Shown here in pieces: positions 25,347-28,771 of a stretch of 28,771 nt of DNA (position 1 is the stretch's first letter; every line of letters begins with the position of its first letter). The stretch spans positions 1 through 28,771 of the forward strand of contig DAOVET010000031.1 of NCBI GenBank assembly GCA_030668825.1, given 5' to 3'. The stretch is from Candidatus Heimdallarchaeota archaeon (GTDB lineage Archaea > Asgardarchaeota > Heimdallarchaeia > Heimdallarchaeales > Heimdallarchaeaceae). The position numbers and the translations under genes are program-made. The notes beneath the pieces were generated by a model that did not search any database, was not told the DNA's origin, and saw only the letters and a list, made by a program, of their open reading frames with translations.

Positions 25347-26273
25347 ATGATAATGAGTTTAGCAACTAAAATTGGTAATATAACTATCAGAAATCCAATA
25401 ATACTAGCTTCTGGAGTTTTAGGAACGACTTATTCCACTCTAAATCGAATGTATGAAGCTGGTCTTGGCGCGGTTATAACAAAAAGTATTAGCAGCAAAT
25501 CTAGAGCTGGAAATCCTAATCCAAGTGTTTTTGCACTCAATGATATTCGAAGTGTGATTAGCTCTGTTGGATTAGCAAATCCAGGATACCAAATCTTTAG
25601 AGAAGACATTGAAATTCTAATGAAGAACTCTACTCCTACTATTGTTTCAATTTTTGGAGAAAATAAAGAAGAATTTATAGAAGTTCTTGATGGGTTAAAA
25701 GATCTTCCTGTACTTGCTTTTGAATTAAATATTAGTTACCTCAATACTGAGAAGGGAGGAACACAAATTGGAACAGATCCTGATTTAGTTTATGAAATTG
25801 TTAAGGAATTAAGAGAAAAAACCAGAATACCCCTCTGGGTTAAGCTAACTCCCAATGTATCAGATATTATAGAAATTGCTTCTGCTGCAGTTCAAGGAGG
25901 ATGTGATGCTTTAGTTGCAATAAATACACTGAAGGCTATGGTTATTGATATTCACACTAAACAACCAATTCTTGGGTATAAGAAAGGGGGCTTATCTGGT
26001 GCTGCAATAAAACCTGTTGGAATAAGATATGTTTATGACCTCTATGAGCATTTTGGAAATAAAATACCTTTGCTAGGAGTAGGAGGGATTTTTAGAGGAG
26101 AGGATATAATAGAATACCTTTTAGCTGGAGCTTCAGCTGTAGAAATTGGAACTTCTCTTGGAGTTGCATATCCTGAAAATATGGTTAGATTCTTCCAGAT
26201 GAAAATAAAGAAATATATGAAAGAACAACAATTTGATTCAATTGGTGAAATTACAGGAGGAGCTCACAGATGA
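25347..26273 (+). CDS. pyrD: Dihydroorotate dehydrogenase family 1B catalytic-subunit homolog (catalytic Cys missing)
   Basis: LASG, TKS, GNPNP, VKLTPN, AINT, GGLSG..IKP, GVGGI; however the active-site loop reads ELNISYLN instead of ELNxSCPN. Confidence 0.88.
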   Translation: MIMSLATKIGNITIRNPIILASGVLGTTYSTLNRMYEAGLGAVITKSISSKSRAGNPNPSVFALNDIRSVISSVGLANPGYQIFREDIEILMKNSTPTIVSIFGENKEEFIEVLDGLKDLPVLAFELNISYLNTEKGGTQIGTDPDLVYEIVKELREKTRIPLWVKLTPNVSDIIEIASAAVQGGCDALVAINTLKAMVIDIHTKQPILGYKKGGLSGAAIKPVGIRYVYDLYEHFGNKIPLLGVGGIFRGEDIIEYLLAGASAVEIGTSLGVAYPENMVRFFQMKIKKYMKEQQFDSIGEITGGAHR

Positions 26274-27121
26274 CAAAACAAACCCTTCCTAATGATAAAC
26301 CGATTATGGGAGAAATAGTTGAAAAATGGGGAGAGTGCTTTGAAACTTATTGCTTCAAAATAAAACTACCAGTTAAAGTTCAAAGTGCTAATCCAGGACA
26401 ATTTATCATGCTGTGGGTTCCAGGTGAAGATGAATACCCAGTAGGTATTGCTGGATTAAAGGATAGCATTCTAGAAGTTGGAATTGCCAAAATGGGTCCA
26501 GGAACGGAAGCTATGCATAAGAAAGAAGTTGGAGATTTAGTTGGTATTAGGGGTTTTTATGGTAAACCATTCACTCCTCCAGAAGGTGTGAACCACCTTC
26601 TAATCGGGGGAGGATTTGGTATGACACCTTTAAAATTACTTACTGAAAAACTAATGAGCAATGAGAATAAGCAAAATATCCATGTTTTTGAGGGAGCCCG
26701 ATCAAAAGATAGATTAATGTATCTCAAGTGGTTACAAGATTTTCACGATCAAGGCAAAATCAATTTTCATGTATGTACAGACGATGGTTCGTATGGATAC
26801 CAAGGTTTTCCAACTGTTGATTTAGAAATGTTCCTTCAAGAATCAGAAACCCCATCAGTAATATATGCAGCAGGTCCAGAAAAGATGATGAAAGCGATTT
26901 TTGATTTAGGTAAGAAATTTGCTAATGTTATTGATATGCAAATGAGTCTGGCTGATAGATACATGAGATGTGGGTTCGGAGCTTGTTCAAGCTGTGCTGT
27001 GGATCCTACAGGTTGGAGGATTTGTGTGGATGGACCCATTTTTAACACAGAGAAACTTGAGAAAATAAGTGATTTTGGTGTCTACAAACGTCTTGAGACA
27101 GGTGAAAAAAAGAGGATTTAG
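26270..27121 (+). CDS. pyrK: Dihydroorotate dehydrogenase electron-transfer subunit
   Basis: PGQFIM, IGGGFGMTP, TDDGS.G, MRCGFGACSSC...ICVDGPIF [2Fe-2S] motif; ATGA overlap with pyrD. Confidence 0.9.
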   Translation: MTKQTLPNDKPIMGEIVEKWGECFETYCFKIKLPVKVQSANPGQFIMLWVPGEDEYPVGIAGLKDSILEVGIAKMGPGTEAMHKKEVGDLVGIRGFYGKPFTPPEGVNHLLIGGGFGMTPLKLLTEKLMSNENKQNIHVFEGARSKDRLMYLKWLQDFHDQGKINFHVCTDDGSYGYQGFPTVDLEMFLQESETPSVIYAAGPEKMMKAIFDLGKKFANVIDMQMSLADRYMRCGFGACSSCAVDPTGWRICVDGPIFNTEKLEKISDFGVYKRLETGEKKRI

Positions 27122-27167
27122 GAAATTGTAGTTCTACAAAATCTTATTGAAGAAAGATACTTCCTAT

Positions 27168-27947
27168 TTATTTTGTAGCAGAATAGATTTTTAGAACTTC
27201 AAGTTCAACTCTATTCCATTGTTTGATTTTCTCCCACCGTGATCCTATTCCAGCTATAATTACTATTTTAACTGGTTTAGCTTCACATTTTCTTACTAAA
27301 TCTATTAGAGCAGTTTGTGTTGATCCTGATCTTATTATATCATCTACTATCAGTATCTTTTCTTCAGAACGAATGAATTTAGCGTCAACTCCTATAGTTT
27401 CAACTCTCCCTTGAGATGTTGATTGTATATCAGCAGTAATGAACATTGTAGTACCTAAAGGTTTTCTCTTTCTAGCATAGACACAATCAATATTTAACAG
27501 ATGAGCTAAAGTCATAGCTATTGGAATACCATCTACTTCAGCTGTAATTATCTTATCTACATCAAGTGGGATAATCCCTTGATATATTGCTAAAAATAAT
27601 ATTGCTTTTAGTGTTTTAGAATCATTAAGCAAATGTAGATTAGATATTCGAATGTTGCCAAACTCATCTATGTCTTTAATAATATGGTCTTTAATAAGCT
27701 GATCAATAGACAAGTTGAAACTTTCATCTTGAGTAAGTGCTCGTAAAAGTTCATCTTTTAGTTTGGATTTTGGTAAAGCTTTTCCATTAATATAACGTGA
27801 AAGATTGGCTATAGATACTTCTACTCCATTTCTTTCCAGTGCTGCTCTCATGCTATCAAGAGTGTCGAATCCCTTAAAGGCCATCTGGAGTAGATTCAAG
27901 GTCATTAGTTTCTCTTGAGCATCTCTACAGCTCTCTGCTGAACTCAT
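27168..27947 (-). CDS. HTH + type I phosphoribosyltransferase-domain protein (PurR-like regulator architecture)
   Basis: N-terminal VSIANLSRYINGKALP (HTH), TAEVDGIP, YARKRK, ILIVDDIIRSGST (PRPP-binding loop). Confidence 0.82.
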   Translation of the reverse strand: MSSAESCRDAQEKLMTLNLLQMAFKGFDTLDSMRAALERNGVEVSIANLSRYINGKALPKSKLKDELLRALTQDESFNLSIDQLIKDHIIKDIDEFGNIRISNLHLLNDSKTLKAILFLAIYQGIIPLDVDKIITAEVDGIPIAMTLAHLLNIDCVYARKRKPLGTTMFITADIQSTSQGRVETIGVDAKFIRSEEKILIVDDIIRSGSTQTALIDLVRKCEAKPVKIVIIAGIGSRWEKIKQWNRVELEVLKIYSATK

Positions 27948-28069
27948 TTGAAATAATTCACAAATACAAGTATATTTTTGTTACTGTTGCTTTCAAATAA
28001 TATTTCATTAGTTTGTGAACACATTTCTGATAAACAAATTGTTAAATATCCTCATAAGAATCATTTTTC

Positions 28070-28771
28070 ATGGTTTCATCTCAGAATTCATTTCTTCAAC
28101 GATATCAGAAGATAGTTTCCCAAAAGAATAGCATCTTATGTGTAGGACTCGATCCAGTTCTACCTTCTCAAAGAAGTAAATACACAATGAAGGATGATGA
28201 TAGGCTTAATTTTATGCGAACTTTGATTAAAGACGTAGCACCTCATACTTCAGTAATTAAGATGAATAGACAGTTCTTAATCGGTCTTACTGCTGATGAA
28301 ATAAGATCACTGAATATTCTCATTCATCAAAATGAGATGTTATCTATTATTGATCACAAATTGAGTGATATTGATTCCTCTAACGAATCAGCTATTTTCT
28401 GGTTTAAAGAAGAAGGATTTGATGCTTTTACATTTTCTCCCTTTGGAGCAAATATTGAAAAAGCTTCTTTACTTGCTCACCAAAAGGATTTAGGGATTAT
28501 AGTTTTGACACTTCTTTCCAATCCAGAAGCTATTTTCTACAAGATTGCACAATTAGAAGAGAAACCTATCTATCTTTATATCGCAGATCGGTGCAAAAGA
28601 GCTCAAGTTGACGGTTTTTGGATAGGGAATGCTGAACATATAGATTCTAAGGATGTAGGACGAATTAGAGAAAGAATAGGAGACAATGTAGTAGCAATGG
28701 CTCCATTGTATGGTAAACAGCACCTCATTGTAAAAAGTACAATTTTTCACTATGATGGAAAATCTTTGATA
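28070..28771 (+). CDS. pyrF: Orotidine-5'-phosphate decarboxylase homolog (3'-truncated; not in ORF track)
   Basis: Manual translation from ATG 28070, open to the window end: NSILCVGLDP, VIKMN, IIDHKLSDI (DxKxxDI), FDAFTFSPF, LTLLSNP. Confidence 0.88.
   Translation, partial: MVSSQNSFLQRYQKIVSQKNSILCVGLDPVLPSQRSKYTMKDDDRLNFMRTLIKDVAPHTSVIKMNRQFLIGLTADEIRSLNILIHQNEMLSIIDHKLSDIDSSNESAIFWFKEEGFDAFTFSPFGANIEKASLLAHQKDLGIIVLTLLSNPEAIFYKIAQLEEKPIYLYIADRCKRAQVDGFWIGNAEHIDSKDVGRIRERIGDNVVAMAPLYGKQHLIVKSTIFHYDGKSLI

Noticed and set aside
18248-28750. ORFs 18248(-), 26836(-), 27223(+) and 28553(-)
   Set aside because: Antisense shadows of map, pyrK, the HTH-PRTase and pyrF.
1-28771. CRISPR, tRNA/rRNA, integrase/transposase, defence systems, selenocysteine readthrough, ORB origin boxes
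   Set aside because: No repeat-spacer arrays, cloverleafs, recombinase motifs, in-frame TGA-interrupted genes or ORB motifs were seen by eye; tRNAscan-SE and Infernal were not run.

Overview
AT-rich, gene-dense archaeal chromosome segment. Archaeal origin is supported by BRE/TATA promoters, GGTGA/GTGAT-type ribosome-binding sites, an aIF1/SUI1 with N-terminal Zn finger, a type II MetAP and a C/D-box guide RNA. An Asgard (Heimdallarchaeia-like) source is plausible from the TRAP-beta-like gene, the DegV expansion and the composition, but this is inference only. Gene order: PiT transporter (partial, absent from the ORF track) and DUF47; small membrane protein; B12/radical-SAM/TRAM enzyme; SUI1, Zn-ribbon protein, degenerate DegV; TatD, Get3, TRAP-beta-like; two DegV, HAD; membrane clan GH-A hydrolase; C/D-box sRNA; TPR-like protein; HAD; surface ENPP-type phosphodiesterase; long HtpX; MetAP2; two GT2s; glpK; about 590 bp non-coding; HTH-like protein; metallophosphoesterase; pyrD-pyrK; HTH-PRTase; pyrF (partial, absent from the ORF track). 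No mobile element, CRISPR array, tRNA or rRNA was seen. Highlights: (1) a roughly 57-nt dual-guide box C/D sRNA with its own promoter, whose N+5 targets map to 16S C1402 and probably 23S C2590 (E. coli numbering; equivalents of yeast Cm1639 and Cm2959); (2) a TRAP-beta-like gene directly upstream of a Get3/TRC40-type ATPase; (3) a full-length pyrD that has lost its catalytic Cys, beside altered pyrK and pyrF; (4) a set of genes suggesting handling of bacterial-type (fatty acid/G3P) lipids.
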